A stretch of 64,000 bases of DNA, taken from assembly GCA_030704615.1 (NCBI GenBank), contig CM060733.1, positions 18,414,001 to 18,478,000 of the forward strand, read 5' to 3'. A program made the position numbers and the translations under genes. Positions 37,290 to 51,029 of this stretch are shown in pieces (within the stretch, counting starts at the first letter, position 1; every line of letters starts with the position of its first letter). The notes beneath the pieces were generated by a model. The model was not told the origin of the DNA, did no database searches, and saw only the letters and a list, made by a program, of their open reading frames with translations. The DNA is from Takakia lepidozioides. Its lineage: Eukaryota; Plantae; Bryophyta.

Positions 37290-39210
37290 AAAGAGGCAAC
37301 GTGTGGCAGGGCTCCGTAACCAAAATTTGGTTACGACAATCCCTTCCTTGCATTACATTAGAAAGTCCGTTATCTGGTGAGACATCGACTCGACAGCTTA
37401 CATCACACACATCTCATTTATGCTTGTCTTCAGTACTGCAACTTCAGCCAGTTCATAATCTAGATGACAGCGTATGTGTAACTTGTCTAAGGTGTGAGAA
37501 ATGTGGGCGAGGCATGTTATGATTGGTCCGAGCGATCTACCAGTGGGAAAATTTGTGTATCTGGTGTGTATTTGGTTCAGGTCTGGCCACTTGTGTAACT
37601 ATTTTAGCAAACTTTAAGCTGTCTTGTTAGTTGGTGTAAGGTGGGGTGATGTTGTCTGGTGAGGTAGTTGCTCTGCTAAAGCTCAGCTGGGGTGTCTGAG
37701 TGATGAACAATGACTTCACAATTGTCACGGTATTATTGCTTCTTCTCTACCATGGCTTAATTCACTCATATTAAACAACAATATACACTGGCAAGAGTGT
37801 CAGGTAACTGCAAGACGACCACTCTTGAAAAATGTCCATGGAGTTGGAGTGGATTACATGGCTACTTAAATACAAGCTCGTGCAACAATTCTCTCGAGCC
37901 TATTGAGATTGTTTGTACACAAGTTTTTTAGTGTACAGTGATAAGATCCAAACTAGCAGAGGTGGATGAGAGTGTTGATGATGGGCATGCTCTTGGGAGG
38001 AAGGAGGAAGCTTCCAGCAAACGTAGGCGCAGGCGGTGTGGGGCACACCTGCCCCACAACACGACTGGGCTTTACGTGCCTCCTTTCCTGTTTTGACACA
38101 CGCTCTTCTGCGCTGCCTTCGTGGCCCTTTCCTGGAACTGATGTGACCAACCTCGCTGCCACATTCTCATGGGGCTCTTCTTGCAACTAAAGATAGACAA
38201 AGAAAATCTGAAGAGTGAGTCCGTTGACAGAATCAGTCGATTCTACATTCCTTCAACTAATTCTAATCCTGGGCTTGTTACTGTTGTTTGGTCTGTCCGT
38301 GGCCTCCGTCCAGGGGCCTGGATTGCCTGGAAGGCTCGGGGAGGGAACTTTCCATTGCGTCAACACACGGTACCTGCATGAGAGTTCCTGTCCCGCTTCT
38401 GTTCCATAGTTTGAGGCACGTGTTAGCTTACATGTGCTTGGAGCATATCCATTGTAGTTGGCAACGTGGGAGGTTTGTCGAGGAACGAGGGTTGGCGATG
38501 GTGACGAAGGTTGTGTGGCTGGACGATATTTTGTGTCTCTCTCACTGGTCAAATATGCGGCCGTACTTCCAATTCCTAGTCAGCAGCTTCTTCTTTCTTG
38601 TCCTCTTCAACTCAGCCGGTTGCCGAAAGATCTGCTACTCGTGTGTTTTGCGAATATTGGTGTCCTGTTTCACGCTGTCTTTTGTTGCTTCACTTGAGTC
38701 TCTCCAGCAGCTTGTACCTCAAACACGATACTCTCCCAACACTGGTATTGACCTAGGGATTGCAAGTGCCAAATACTAAGGGTACAGTTCTCAAGAAATC
38801 TGCTGTGTGACAGGTTGAAGGTGTTCATTAGGACCTAGGACACGAGGCCACAACACACAATCTTTTTTGGTGCTCTTTGTATGCGACAGAAAAGGTTTTC
38901 ACTTGAGCACTGGGAGAAGACAGCGGGATAGAAATTCATTGTCGACGTTCTCAGAGTTTACAGAAGTGGAGGCGAACTTGTCCAAACTTGTAAGATTTGT
39001 TGGCCAGGGCTAAAATTCGCCGAGAGTATCCAGTCTCATTGTCATCTAACGATCGAAAGCTCTGGCAGGCAATCTGTGGATTCCCTGGCGATACGATGAG
39101 GGTAATAATGTGGTTCATCTGTAGTTCGCCTGTAATTAGACTCTAGAAGATTTCAGGCAAATTGCAAAAATCGTCACCTCTATCGTTTACAAGTCCCAGC
39201 AGTTTTTGAA

Positions 39211-39750
39211 ATGAGTGAAGCAGTGATCTCGCAAGCAGGAGGAGAGGAGGCAGATTCTTGCTGGTATGCCCCACTAAGAACTAAGGTGCGAAAGTACACG
39301 TTTTTGGGAACCTCTGCAGCAGTGCTCGGGGGCCTTCTTTGGTGCATGAGTTTGACTGTTCAACCGCTTCTTCAGTGGAGACCTCCTAAAAGTCCTTTAT
39401 TCTGGCCAGTGGCACAGGCCTATCTTCTGCTGGTGGGGGAGGTTAGCTTGTTTGTCAGTATTTCTATGCTAGCATTTTCCGTTCCAACTTTGATAATGAC
39501 GTGGATCACAGCTGTAGTCTTCGATTATGTTTTCGCGAAACCATTTGGCAGGAGAAACGAGCAGCTTGTCAGAAGTGCAAGCGATCTCGCTAAGGAGATG
39601 TCATGGAACACTTTGAAAATTGTGCTCAGAGAAGCGAACATCGTTGGAGTCGGAGTTGTGACAGTGTGCATGCTGCCATTGTTGTTTCCGCCCTCCAAGT
39701 TGTTGAGAGCGGTCCTTCAGCCGAACACACCGACGATAGCCCCTGCTTGA
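39211..39750 (+). CDS. Conserved plant transmembrane protein of unknown function (single exon, 179 aa)
   Basis: ATG-initiated open frame with three hydrophobic segments; ..VPTLIMTWITAVV.. followed by ..KIVLRE.. resembles an uncharacterised land-plant membrane family (recalled, not searched). Confidence 0.65.
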   Translation: MSEAVISQAGGEEADSCWYAPLRTKVRKYTFLGTSAAVLGGLLWCMSLTVQPLLQWRPPKSPLFWPVAQAYLLLVGEVSLFVSISMLAFSVPTLIMTWITAVVFDYVFAKPFGRRNEQLVRSASDLAKEMSWNTLKIVLREANIVGVGVVTVCMLPLLFPPSKLLRAVLQPNTPTIAPA

Positions 39751-41827
39751 TGGTCATAATGCCTGTATGTGGCGTTAAGTAGCCGTCAGATCACAGGCGA
39801 AGGACTGACATCATTTAAGAAGCAATGCAATCCTTCCAATATCTACTTTTGACGACATGTAGCCATGCGACAGTCCTCCCCGGGGGAGAATCTTGCAGAC
39901 CGAGGTCCAGGGTAGTGGGATCCTTTACCTCTTTCCTCTGACGTGGTCTACACGAACTTCTGAAATTTAGCTGGAGCAGGTGGGATTGACCAACTTCAGC
40001 TGACATGGAATGCCTGCAGTGCGAATTATTCAGAACAGTGCAGATAAGAAATATCCGATGTCAGGCTCAGTCAAGAGGTGCTTGCTTGATGGTCTGAAAA
40101 AAGAGACGGGGGCAACTTTTTCACAAATGTAAGTCTAGTCTGGGAGAGAGTCTCCATACAATATGATGGCAAAAAGATGCCATCAGGGAGTGCCCTCCAA
40201 TTGTCTGCAAGTGTAACTAGTGTCTATCAAGGTTGCCTTGAAGGTACGAGCCCAAAGGGTTTAACTTCATATATCATGCACACAGAGTAGTCATCCAGGG
40301 TTTTGGAAGTTCCTTTATTAGAGTCGTGAAGAAGTTGCTTGGATCTGTGTGAGAGAATTTTGCAGCTTACATACTGTGCATTACAAGTAGGTAATGGTCT
40401 TTTCAAAACTGAAACATTGGTGGGTGTTGTCCACTAAAGGAAGATATTATCAAAGGGTTGAGTTGTGAACTACTTCTTGTGCGACCTTCTGGATTGTTTG
40501 TGACTTACAAGATGCTATGCAGGTCTTAATTCAGATGATGAAGAGATTTTATAATTTGGATAGTTGACTTCGTCTTTCAACCTGAAAATGAAAGGACAAA
40601 GAGGATGTCCTGATCAAAAGGGAAGAAGTTAGCTGGGGAGTAAATAAGGTTTAGAAAGAAACAAGGAGAGAGTGAGACTAGCAGTAAAAAGCATTAATGG
40701 CCCCTTCTTCAGCTTTCAGAGTGTCCGAATGCTGAGTTTCTCAGTGCCTCTCTGTGTGTCTCAGCTACAAAGAGATTTGTCTTGAATGCACATCTTAACT
40801 ATGTTTCTCTATTATTACTTTTGCTGCAGCTTTTACCCGGCAAGGCAGTTGGTATCAATTGCCATTGTGAGTCTCAATCTTCAACCAAATCTCTGAACTG
40901 TGAAGGTCATATTTTGCCATATAATCCAAGCCTAGATTACAATATCCAAGTTGCATTGTCAACCATTCTAGTGAGGCATGAAGTGCAACTAGATGTGCAG
41001 CACAGGTAGCAGTTATCTTGATGGTCATTTGGAAGTCTACCTTTTGGAGGTGCTGCAGTGCTTTGCTTTTCCTTTAGGGGCATCCGGACTGCTGATTGGG
41101 CATAGTGGCTTTCGCTGGAGGGAGGGTAGGCATCTCTCCGTCCATAAATCTGTCAAAATATGTAAAAGATGAAACTCCCGGCAGTGTTTTGAGAAAGGCC
41201 ATTGGTTGACACCAGCAAACTTTCCACTGTAATTCTAATCATGCTGTCGAGAGCTACAATTGTTCTGATCAGTTGGATGCTTGTGGCTCTGAAGTGTTCA
41301 CTCAAGGTGGGGACCTGCTAGTTACTACATTGTAACATGCACCGCACAATCTTTTAGTGGGGCTCCTGGTGTGATATTGTGGTTCCTTCCCAGAAACACA
41401 CTGGAAAAATCTTCTAAGATGCTAAAGTTCCTATGATCAACAAACAAAGAATTGAAGCAGTTTGGATTCACTTTGTGAATTGCTTAGGGGACATCCAAGC
41501 AACACCCAGCTGTAGGATTTTCCTGCAACACTCACATCTTCAGCCATGGTTGCTGGAGGCAATTTAATGACAACAGCGACATTTCCTTCCATGGTTATGT
41601 TCCTCAAAAGATGCAGAGAGTTGATTGCATCTTTTTGCTGACAAAATATGGTGGAAGACTTATAGTACATGCACTATACCAACCTCAGAAAAATTATACA
41701 GTCATACAACACTGCATTACAACCCTATAGGGTTGTTTTGTTTTGCTTGTGTACTCCTGATTACCCTGGAAGATTTTGAAACCAAATGTGAGAGAACCTG
41801 TGATAAAGCTATTTAGATCTACATATC

Positions 41828-44800
41828 TTATGCCAGAGCTGAGAGGGCAGCTTTGTGCAGGCTTTCACTCCCTGCTGCAACAACGTCAACCATCATTTCT
41901 CCTGCAGCCCTCAAAGACATCAGCCCAGAGCTTGGGATCAATACCCAAGGCAGAGAAGGTGCTGTAGCAGATCCTGGAGGGTATAGCCATGCTCCCCATC
42001 TTACAGTATATTAGGCCCTACTACGCCCTACTACGCTAAACCTTCGGAAGACTACCCTAAAACTGGCTGAGACTACAAATTTGGCTCTGCACTTTGGAGT
42101 GGAGTCAGCCAAAAGTACCTGTAGAGGGCTGTTGTGAATCAGGCCACCACCGAAGCTTTTGTCCTTGCCAATCTGTTATAACACCGCCCGCTCCTTCCAC
42201 TACTGGCACTAATGCCAAGAAATCATATGGCTGCCCATCCAAACAAAAGTGCAGAACGCCAATTATAGTAGGATCTTTCAAACTGACTGGGTGTCCGAAC
42301 AACGGGGTAGTCTCTTTGCAGAGATCCCAGTATAGTTCTGTTAGGAGAGAGAGAGAAAGCTAAGAGTGGAGAAGTCTGACATTTCACACCGAGATCAACA
42401 GGAAACATTAGCAGGTGAAAGACATACCTTAAGCCCAGATTCAATGACTAGGTCAACATGGCCAGCTGCCAGAAGTCCATAGGCATAGCAATCGCATCCA
42501 TACAGAGGTATCTTAACCTGCAATGCAATGACAAGGAGCCAAAATCATCACCAAATGCACTGTGAACACTTAGCCAAAGGAGATACACATCATCTCAGCT
42601 CAGCTAAAACATGTTCACTTTCTAAGGTCAGGTCATCCACGCCCTGAACAAGATGGAGAAGTTTAAAAGTGCTCTAGCTTGAAAGGCTTATCAACACACT
42701 TATAAAGGTCAGATAATGAAGACTAGGTCTTCTTGATTGGACACAATTGGTTTCAATTCAACCCATTTGTACCTGGTTCCGGACCCTGATGAAGGCCTCC
42801 TCTGCCTCTCCAGCAAACAAATGGGGACTCGTAGTATATCTGCCGCCAGACACCAAAACTTCCTTAGAACAGCAGCAGATTTCAACTGGTTGCTTGCAAT
42901 AACCATTCATGTAGGGATATGGTCCAATAATAAGCACTAGAAACAGCCCAACTGAACTACCTATTGCTGAAATCCAAGAAGTACAAGTTGGCTTTGGGCT
43001 GGAGGCCATTGGCATTCAACACGGGCCTGTGGATGCTGTTGCTGCCTTTGCTGCTCTAGCACCACCGCCTCTCCCTGAAAATTATTTGATGCACACATAG
43101 CTCATACTCTCATTTCTTCGCAAAGACAGTAGACACTGGGTTGAGAGAGATTGGAAAAGATAGAATTTACAGGTAAGCATCCTTGAGGAAGGTACAAGCT
43201 GAACGAGTTCCAATCTCCTGCCCATTAAGTGTTGAAATTTGGCCCTGTCTACCCACCCAACGCTCCTGCAGCACTGGCTGGTCTATTATCCCTAGAACCT
43301 GAAATTGGCAGTGAAAGCACCAACCATCAGATATGAACTGTCAAAAGGACTAACAAAAGATCACGCGCAATGTTCAGGTGTGGACTTAAGCTCCGAAATG
43401 ATAAGAGCAGAATATTGTACAAAATGCAAAGCATCAAACAAAGTACAAGAGAAAAAAGTAGTATTGTAAGCTAAGCATTGTAAAATAACCTTATGGCCTA
43501 AAGACGTAGCAAAGCTGTCTCTCACCGGTACTCCTTTGTGAACCAATGCAATGAGTGTACCAAACACTGGTTTCCCTGCATCCATGCACCCTCTGCCGTA
43601 TCAGTGCTCCGTATCTCAGGAAGCTGTCAAATTCTCCATCCTGGCCATGCCATTTGTCAACCACTACTTTGTCAACTTTCTCTTCATCGTATGAGTGTCA
43701 GCTTCAAGACAGTCCAGATACCCCTTGTGTCCCCTCCAAGGGTGTAAGAGAGAGGACCTTCGGGGCGCAGAAAGAGAGCCGTATTTAATAAAAGCTCATA
43801 AGAGGTATATGGAAAGTGGTAAGCAGACAATGTAGAGAGTGGTAGTCACCAGTGATGAAGCTCTTGGTGCCATCAATGGGATCTAACACCCACACATACT
43901 CAGCCCCTCCTTCAGGGATATTCAACCCTCCTTCCTCCCCGTATCTGTAACATCCTTGCAGTTAGCATCCCTGTCAAATCCTGCATTCCACTCGTCCTTT
44001 GGAAGACTTAATCTCTTTGGAAGAAACAAAGTTGTATCAACCTAACCTAAGAGGAAAATCCCTAACAAAACTAGACAGAGGACAGAGTAAATAAGGAAGT
44101 TCCTATACAGTGCAGCCGTATGATGGAAAGTGATGCAAGCAGAGAACAGACAGGACCAAAAGGACAGGTCATTGTAAATTAACCAGATCCAAAATCAGTG
44201 AAGTCTCTTTAGCTTCAGTAGATTCTGAAAAATGTTGCTCTTGAGCTCAATATACAAGTAGTGTGTGAGACAGGAAGAGAGATTACATGCCATGTGCCGG
44301 GAAGTGCTCGGCTATGAGGCCGCGCATGGCATCTTCTGCTGCGCGGTCGGCAATCGTAACAGGACCTACCACGATCGAAGAGATAAGCAAGCAAGCTTCA
44401 TTCAAGACTCAAGCCTCATGCGTACAAAAAGACAGAAGACCTGTTCTTTACGTAGAGTATACCTGCTGGGTTGAAGTGTCTCTCTCTGAGCTTCGAGACA
44501 CAACATTCTCTTTTGGTAGTGACCTCGTTGTTAATGATCTGGAAAGACCATTCTGTTTGTAATTTGTAAACCAATCTATCTATCCCTCCTTTTCAGCAGC
44601 AAAGAAGAAGCCTCAGGTCGATCACTCACTCAAATCATTCTTCGAAATGATCTCAAAGCGCGTGCGAAAATATTTCATAATAACAGCTCCCGCAGTATCT
44701 GCCAGCTTGTGAGCCACTTCAACGAACTCCTCCATGTTACTATCGACCTCCCTGTCTTGATCTACCAGAGCTGCTGAATGCTCCGCTTGCGCACAAACTT

Positions 44801-45284
44801 GAGCTAATCTCGGCAAATCGGCCGCTAAAGAAAAATAGTTCCTTGCATGACTCCTGAGACTACTACAGATGTCCGCTCTATTACTTCCGAAATTGCAAGA
44901 ATTACGATTACAAAAAAGAGGATTGAAAACTGAAGAAGTCGATCGAAAACCGCCAATAGAACCAGAGCTTACTGGCGCCAAATCCGTGGCTCCACCGAAC
45001 CATCTACGTCCACATCCTTCGTGACTTTGACATGCAAGCCTCCAAACTTCCGCCTTGCCCAAAATTCCGCTTCTTCTTCCAGCTAGGGTTTTACCTCTCG
45101 CCAAAGCTTGCATTGCGGAAGACGGATCCAAACACTGATGGAGGCGAGGAACAGAAGGGGAAGAAGAGGGTGGCCAAACCGCAGCATTTGTGCAAGCATC
45201 TGGGATCGTTGCAGCAGCGGGTCCCATCGTCTCTCTCCTTCGTCCTCGTCTGTGTGGAGAGCACCCCGCATCCTGCCTTCGCAT
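41828..45284 (-). CDS. HISN7: Histidinol-phosphate phosphatase / inositol monophosphatase-like 2, chloroplastic (9 exons)
   Basis: Exons (-) 45284-44630, 44365-44287, 43944-43850, 43575-43526, 43298-43171, 42839-42773, 42517-42428, 42230-42119, 41901-41828, GT-AG and in frame. Motifs SPVTIADR, YGEE, WVLDPIDGTKSFITGKPVFGTLIAL, YTTSPHLF, YGCDCYAYGLLA, KPYDFLALVPVVEGAGG.ITDW. Start codon uncertain (45284 or 45227). Confidence 0.93.
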
Positions 45285-45724
45285 ATTCCTCACACCGCTT
45301 TTACCGTTACTGGGAACCGAGTTCTTGGCTCGGGGAACACAAATTCCAGGAACGTTCCCAAAGCCAACCACTATTGAGAACTCGTACCATGGCTCAGATA
45401 ACTTGTTCCCACCATCAGTTGAACGAATTTCATGCAGATATTATAGATTAACAAACGAATCAATTCAAGACAGGTGTAGGTGGAACTTTTCATCCATATT
45501 TACAGGTGAAATATTGACACTGGATGTGGTTCATACGACTTGAATCGGCAAATCTAAAGTCATGGATTGTTCCGGCACTGGATGATCTTCCAGATTATGC
45601 TAATCACTTTAATTGTAATTGTAGAGCAATTTCATTAACGAGGGATTTGTTTGAAGGTCCAAAAATAAGTGTAGGGTGAGGCCCGAGGTCAGAAGCCTTG
45701 CTGAGATGAGGGAGGCGATAACCG

Positions 45725-46195
45725 ATTCACAAAAGCATCTACATTTCCATGCTTAGCTCCTGGTATGTGAACAATCTTAAAATCATAATCTTGTAGCATC
45801 ATTATCCACCTACCTCTCCTTCCATAAGCATCGCTAACCGTAGCCAGCCATTCTAGGGGTTTATGATCGGTCCTTACCGTGAATGGTGTTAGTATTGGCG
45901 GAAGTGCAGGATACCCCACACCAGTGCATAGCACTCGCCCTCCATGGGATGATATCTTTTCTGAACGTCGGTCAATGCCTTACTTACATATGCAATTACA
46001 TGTTCCTTCCGACGATCCTTTTGTGACAGTCTTGCCCCTACTCCCTTTGTACTCCAATCAGCATCAAGTATAAAGGGTTTAGTGAAGTCGGGCCTTACCA
46101 GGATCGACGGAGGATTAATGCCTCAAAGGCATTCTGTGCTTCTACGTTCCATTGAAATGTTGGCTCCTTCTTGGTGAGTTCAAATAGGGGCTTTT
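45725..46195 (-). mobile_element. Ty3/gypsy RT-connection / RNase H fragment
   Basis: PLFELTKK..FQWN...RPDFTKPFILDADWS...IAYVSKALT...EGECYALVWG...RTDHKPLEWL...HGNVDA. Confidence 0.85.
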
Positions 46196-46645
46196 GTCCT
46201 AATAATCCCAAATAAAGTTAACAAGGGCACCACTAGTCCCTTTCCCCCCCAAAAAAAAAATGAAGGAAAAAAAAAAATGAAGAAAAAAATTGTGTATAAT
46301 ATGCACAAGTTATAATGAATAATAAAGGAGTTCAATGGATTTGATTAAGGCTTGAAAGATCTTATTAATATGTGGGAAATTATAAATGACACTCATTGTT
46401 GAATAATTGGGAGAGGCTCACGTGTGAGCTAGGCAACGGCCCCATGAACGGACATCGAGCGATCGTGCCCTACAGGAAAAATGGGGGATTTTCGACGCCG
46501 GGGCCATGCCGCACCCACGCCACGGCGTCATAAAACAGCCCTTTTCGGGCCCCCGGGGAACCAAAGTTGCGACGCCCGGGCGTCGCAAGCCCATCGCAAG
46601 GGCGTCGCCAAAAAAACGTCGCAAATTTGCGACCAATGGGGGTCG

Positions 46646-46894
46646 CAAATAAGCGAAACCGCGAAAAAAAAAAAAAAAAAAAAAACTACTCTGCATTGTA
46701 GAATTAGAACCGTCCGGGGGTCGCAAAGCGCGACGCCCGGACGATGCGATTTAAGGGGGTACATTTGAATTTAGGCGGGAAAATTTGAATTTCAAAAACT
46801 TGTTGACCATTGATGACCATTGACTCCGATTCTGTCTAATGGCGATATGTTCATTATTCTACATATATCATGCAATGCATACTTGAACCTAAGA
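46646..46894 (+). repeat. ~247-bp direct repeat (copies at 46646-46894, 51030-51274 and ~62296-62539)
   Basis: caaataagcgaaaccgcg(a)n...cttgaacctaaga, identical except for homopolymer-tract differences. Confidence 0.95.
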
Positions 46895-47013
46895 ACAAGG
46901 AATGGGTAAGAAGTAGGAGGGATTTAAAACCCTTCATACCACCAATAGGTGTTCAGCCGTTAAAGGTGGTCAGTGAGGACCCTGACACTTAAAAAAAGGA
47001 GACACACTACATA

Positions 47014-49400
47014 TGTAGTGTGAATGCAGGGGGTAAAAATTCAAGTTTTTGTTTGGCATCAGGTTTCGGCACTACTACAAAGGGAGTGCCCTTCGTGCTA
47101 ATGAAGGGGAGGAATTGTCCATAACTTGAGGTAATTCCATGGAAAGACTATGCTATTGATCTGCCAAGAACAAAATATGGCTAAGTTATGACATGCACCT
47201 TTTTCATCCCTAGGATGAATGATTTTCATCCATGATGTTGAACCCTAGAAGCAGGATGTGAAATTCGAAGGGGAAGAGTGCATGTATCTTTTCGCAGCTG
47301 CTGCAGTGGTGTTGGCAGCACAAGATATCTGAGAAAGTTCCACCTACGCAAAGGGTATCAGCTTGCTTTTAAGAAAAACGTTAAGAGCTCCTGCTTGGCT
47401 TTCTGTGCAAGAAGAAGCGGTGCCGCCTTCTTCGTAAGCAATGATCAAACCTGAGGGATCAGGTTTGTGATAAGGGCGGTGCACCACTGCTGTCGCCATT
47501 GTCTTGATGAGCACATTAATGAGGAGATGGAGCGGCTCAGCAGGTGTTGGGGGATGAGAAATGCAGGCTGGTGTGTATAGCGCCTCAGGTTGTCTGTGAT
47601 CAAATCTTTGTAGCTGCTGTCTATTTTTGAGCTTTAGGACCAGATCACTTTGTAAGGGAAGAGTGTAAGCATCTTTTCGCAGCTGCTGCAGTGGTGTTGG
47701 CAGTACAGCATATCTTAGGAAGTTCCACCTGCGCAAAGGGAATCAGCTTGCCTTAAAGAGCGACGTTAAGGGATCTGGCTTGGCATTCTGTGCAAGAGGA
47801 AGCGGTGCCACCTTCTGGTGTGTATGGCGCTTAAGCTATCTATAATTAAGTTTTGTATCTGCTCTCTGTCTTAAGGGCTGTAGGACTAGATCACTTCATA
47901 GGGAAGAAATGCACATGTAGAAGGATAGGGTAGAGGTTGGCAGGCACAAGGATGTGCCAGCAGCTGAAGCAGAGCCGTCATGCCTTAATGAGGACTGGAA
48001 TCACGATAAGAAGAAACGTCGGAAATGGCTGACGAGGGAGAGGACAAGGTGCCTTCTTGACAGGCAGACCCACCGCTTCAATGAGTATAAGACAGATAAG
48101 TTTGAAGAGTGGTCCCCCTTTTTTTGGTGACTTAGAAATCGCTTTGTGAAGTTTGGACTGTCTCTTGTATGTAGTAAGAGACACTGACATGTGAGGAAGA
48201 AAAAGAGCTTTGGAAATGGAATGAAGACACTGGACTTCAAATCAGGATGGACTGGAGATGGATGCACCTGCTGTTACATTGTACAGTAGGAAAAATGAAT
48301 GGAAACAGGGTTGATTCGTTGCTGGGACAGAATGGTTGCTGCTGTTGTATTCTTGTTCTTTGTTTCAGCGTCATGAGCTTGTACAAACAATCTAGCCTGG
48401 GATGTTGACACATTGCAGTCAATGTGGAACTAGCTTAGTAGGTAGAGGAAACCAGTGAGAGTTAGATAGAACTGTTTGGAAACAACAAGAAGGGATGATG
48501 TGGATGGGGCAGAAAAACCAACATCTGTTTGGGTTTGGATCTGATTCTCAGGGTGCTCTCAGCATGTGAACCACTGAGGTTCACAGTTGATGGGAAAAAG
48601 AGAGCTGTCAGGGTGTGTAAATTGAGACCTGTAGAAGGGTGGAGAGCTGTCTTGGGCAAATGGCTACACCTGGGAAAAGTGGAGTGTGAAGCATCTGTCA
48701 TTGGCAAGAGAGGGACTGATAAAAGGGCTGATTATATCTTGTGTGACCAAGGTTGATTTCAATGCTGGGTGCACTGGATGCTTGGCTGAATGCGCATTGC
48801 ATTGCATCATAGACATGCTACAGTGGAAAGAGTGAGGAACCTACTCACCCTGAAAGAAAGAGAGAGGGAGAGAGAAAAGGACATAAGGGAGAGAGCTGAC
48901 CAGCAAGAGGGGATGGAGAGGAATGGATGATTGGGGCGGTAAGATAAAGAAAGCATGAACCCATGAAGGGCCAAACTGGTGGGCCTGCAACTCATGGCAG
49001 ATCTGAGTTGCCTCCTTCTAAATCGTGATCTTATTACAAAGGGGCTTCCACGTGTTGCTGACCAAGGGAGCTGCCCACAAGGGCAGTGGTCATCACTGAC
49101 GTAGGGCTGGTTGCATCACTGAAGACAGCATGGTAACATGGCTGGTGCAGTGTACCAGGGAGAGGATGTCGTGTAGAAGTAGAACCACGGGTGAAAACAA
49201 TACAGACTCCCCATCCATGTCTTCTCTTCCGCTGCGGCGTGGATGAGGATTGTGTGAACTCTGATCATGAAGGACCTAAGGGAAACCCACACCGAGTGAC
49301 GATGGTTGGATCACTGAGAGGAGAGCTCATTTCCTTCCCTCCAATTGACCTAGGGAGGAGCACAACTAGACTTGCACAGAAGGGGATTCACGCCCCTTCT
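47014..49400 (+). repeat. Long (~2.4 kb) LTR, copy 1, with an internal ~390-bp-period duplication
   Basis: Starts TGTAGTG exactly where identity to 58279 begins; preceded by a gtcagtgaggaccctgac hairpin and the purine tract aaaaaaaggaga; followed by a PBS; 47270-47430 resembles 47655-47815. Confidence 0.75.
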
Positions 49401-49402
49401 TT

Positions 49403-49414
49403 TGGTATCAGAGC
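49403..49414 (+). promoter_or_regulatory. Primer-binding site (tRNA-iMet)
   Basis: Perfect tggtatcagagc (second copy at 60668-60679). Confidence 0.9.
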
Positions 49415-49471
49415 TGATGTTAAATCTTGATTTCTACTAGCTAGGGATCTTGACTGGTATTGGATGGTTTG

Positions 49472-49783
49472 ATGGCAGGAAGAGACCACACACTGATTCC
49501 TGATGAACCAAGCATTGGAGATGTGCTGAATTGCTTCAGCAGACGCACACCAAATGCACACGTAGACCCTTGTTTGTACTTCTTCAACCCTGCTTGGAGA
49601 ATAGCGAATGGTGATTTATGTCTTAGAGTGATACATACTGGTGGAAGAACAACCATAGCACTTTGGATAAGAGAGTTAGGAAGGTGGGTGAAGATAAATA
49701 CCATGGCACGAGAGGTGACATGGGGAGGTAGAGTAGAGATGTTGCGAAATGGACAGTGGGAGTGGTATAGAGGTCAACATTAA
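49472..49783 (+). CDS. Small Trp-rich ORF between the PBS and gag (unknown function)
   Basis: ATG at 49472, 103 aa open frame, also present in the duplicate at 60737-61048. Confidence 0.4.
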   Translation: MAGRDHTLIPDEPSIGDVLNCFSRRTPNAHVDPCLYFFNPAWRIANGDLCLRVIHTGGRTTIALWIRELGRWVKINTMAREVTWGGRVEMLRNGQWEWYRGQH

Positions 49784-49854
49784 GGGAGTTGTGGGAAAAT
49801 TAGAGTCAGAATTAGGTGTTGAAACAGTTTGAATTTAGACTAGAGAATAGAAGG

Positions 49855-51029
49855 ATGACCAGTCCAACCAGCATAGATGCGCCTTATCATGGTAGGAATA
49901 GTGAGGATGTAAATGACTGGCTGGAGAGAATTCAGATGGAGGCAGATGTCAGGGATTTGAATGAGGACAAAACTTTCAAGGTAGCAAGGCTCAACCTGAG
50001 AGCCAAGGCTGATGAATGGTACCGTAAACAAAACCCTAGACCAAACAACTGGGTGGACTTCAGGGCAGCAATTTCAGCCAAGTTTGGTATCGTTGACTTG
50101 GCAGAAATTAGGCTAAGAATGGATACCATTAAACAGGAGAGTAGACAAAGGGTTCAAACATACTTCGATAGGTTGAACCGGTTATTTATAAGAAGTGGGG
50201 CGTCTGATGTGGAACAGAGGCGTAGATTTGCAACAGGTTTGAGACCAGAAATAGCAAGAGTAATGCTGGGCAGGCGCTTCCTTGATGTAGAGGAAGCACT
50301 TGACACAGCCATTGAGATTGAAAGGGGCCTGGGAAAGTTAGGGGAAATACCTCTAGAGCCATTGGAAGGAGATGATACAGATGAGTCAGTTGTGTTTGTT
50401 AACCCTGTGGACATAAGACTTGATCAGCTGAACACTACCCTATAGAAGTACTTTGATAGGGGACCAGTCATAGGAGAAAGCTCGGGATCTAGAACACCAC
50501 CTCGTGTTCGCCTTTGTATTGTTTGTCACAAAGAAGGTCACATAGCTGCATATTGTCCTGAAGGAAGAACCCCAGCTAAGTGTGACAAATGTCACCGGTT
50601 CGGGCATTCCACGGAAATGTGTGGTGTGAGATGCAACTTTTGCAAGCTACTCGGGCATACGGAGAGTGAGTGCAGTAGAAAACTCGACCAAACTATGATG
50701 GGAACTCCGGGAACTAACTTTGTAGACGTGTTCTATGATGATGAGGATGATGTACTCGCAGAGATGACAGATCTGATGTCACGAAATAGTATCAATGAAG
50801 TCAGACTTCCAAGGACACGCATACCTGTCCAGAGTCCGATTGTTGAACCTACAGGGTCACCAGAAAGGAATAGTGAGAGCAGTGAACAGCCAAGCAAGAC
50901 CAAGAGTGAAATCTACCCAAAGAACAATTTCAAGAATGCTATAGAAGGAGGTACGAAATCCAGAATCTTGAACCACTTCTACAAAGGGAGAATATCGTTG
51001 TCGCCCATGGACCTGATCATGACTGTGCC
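49855..51029 (+). pseudogene. Ty3/gypsy gag with three CCHC knuckles; one in-frame TAG; truncated before pol
   Basis: YHGRNSEDVNDWLE...LRAKADEWY...IKQESRQRVQTYFDR...FATGLRPEI; CIVCHKEGHIAAYC, CDKCHRFGHSTEMC, CNFCKLLGHTESEC in the same frame after TAG 50443. Confidence 0.9.

Noticed and set aside
37950-38780. ORFs between LCYE and the membrane-protein gene
   Set aside because: No recognisable motifs; more likely promoter, 5' UTR or intron sequence.
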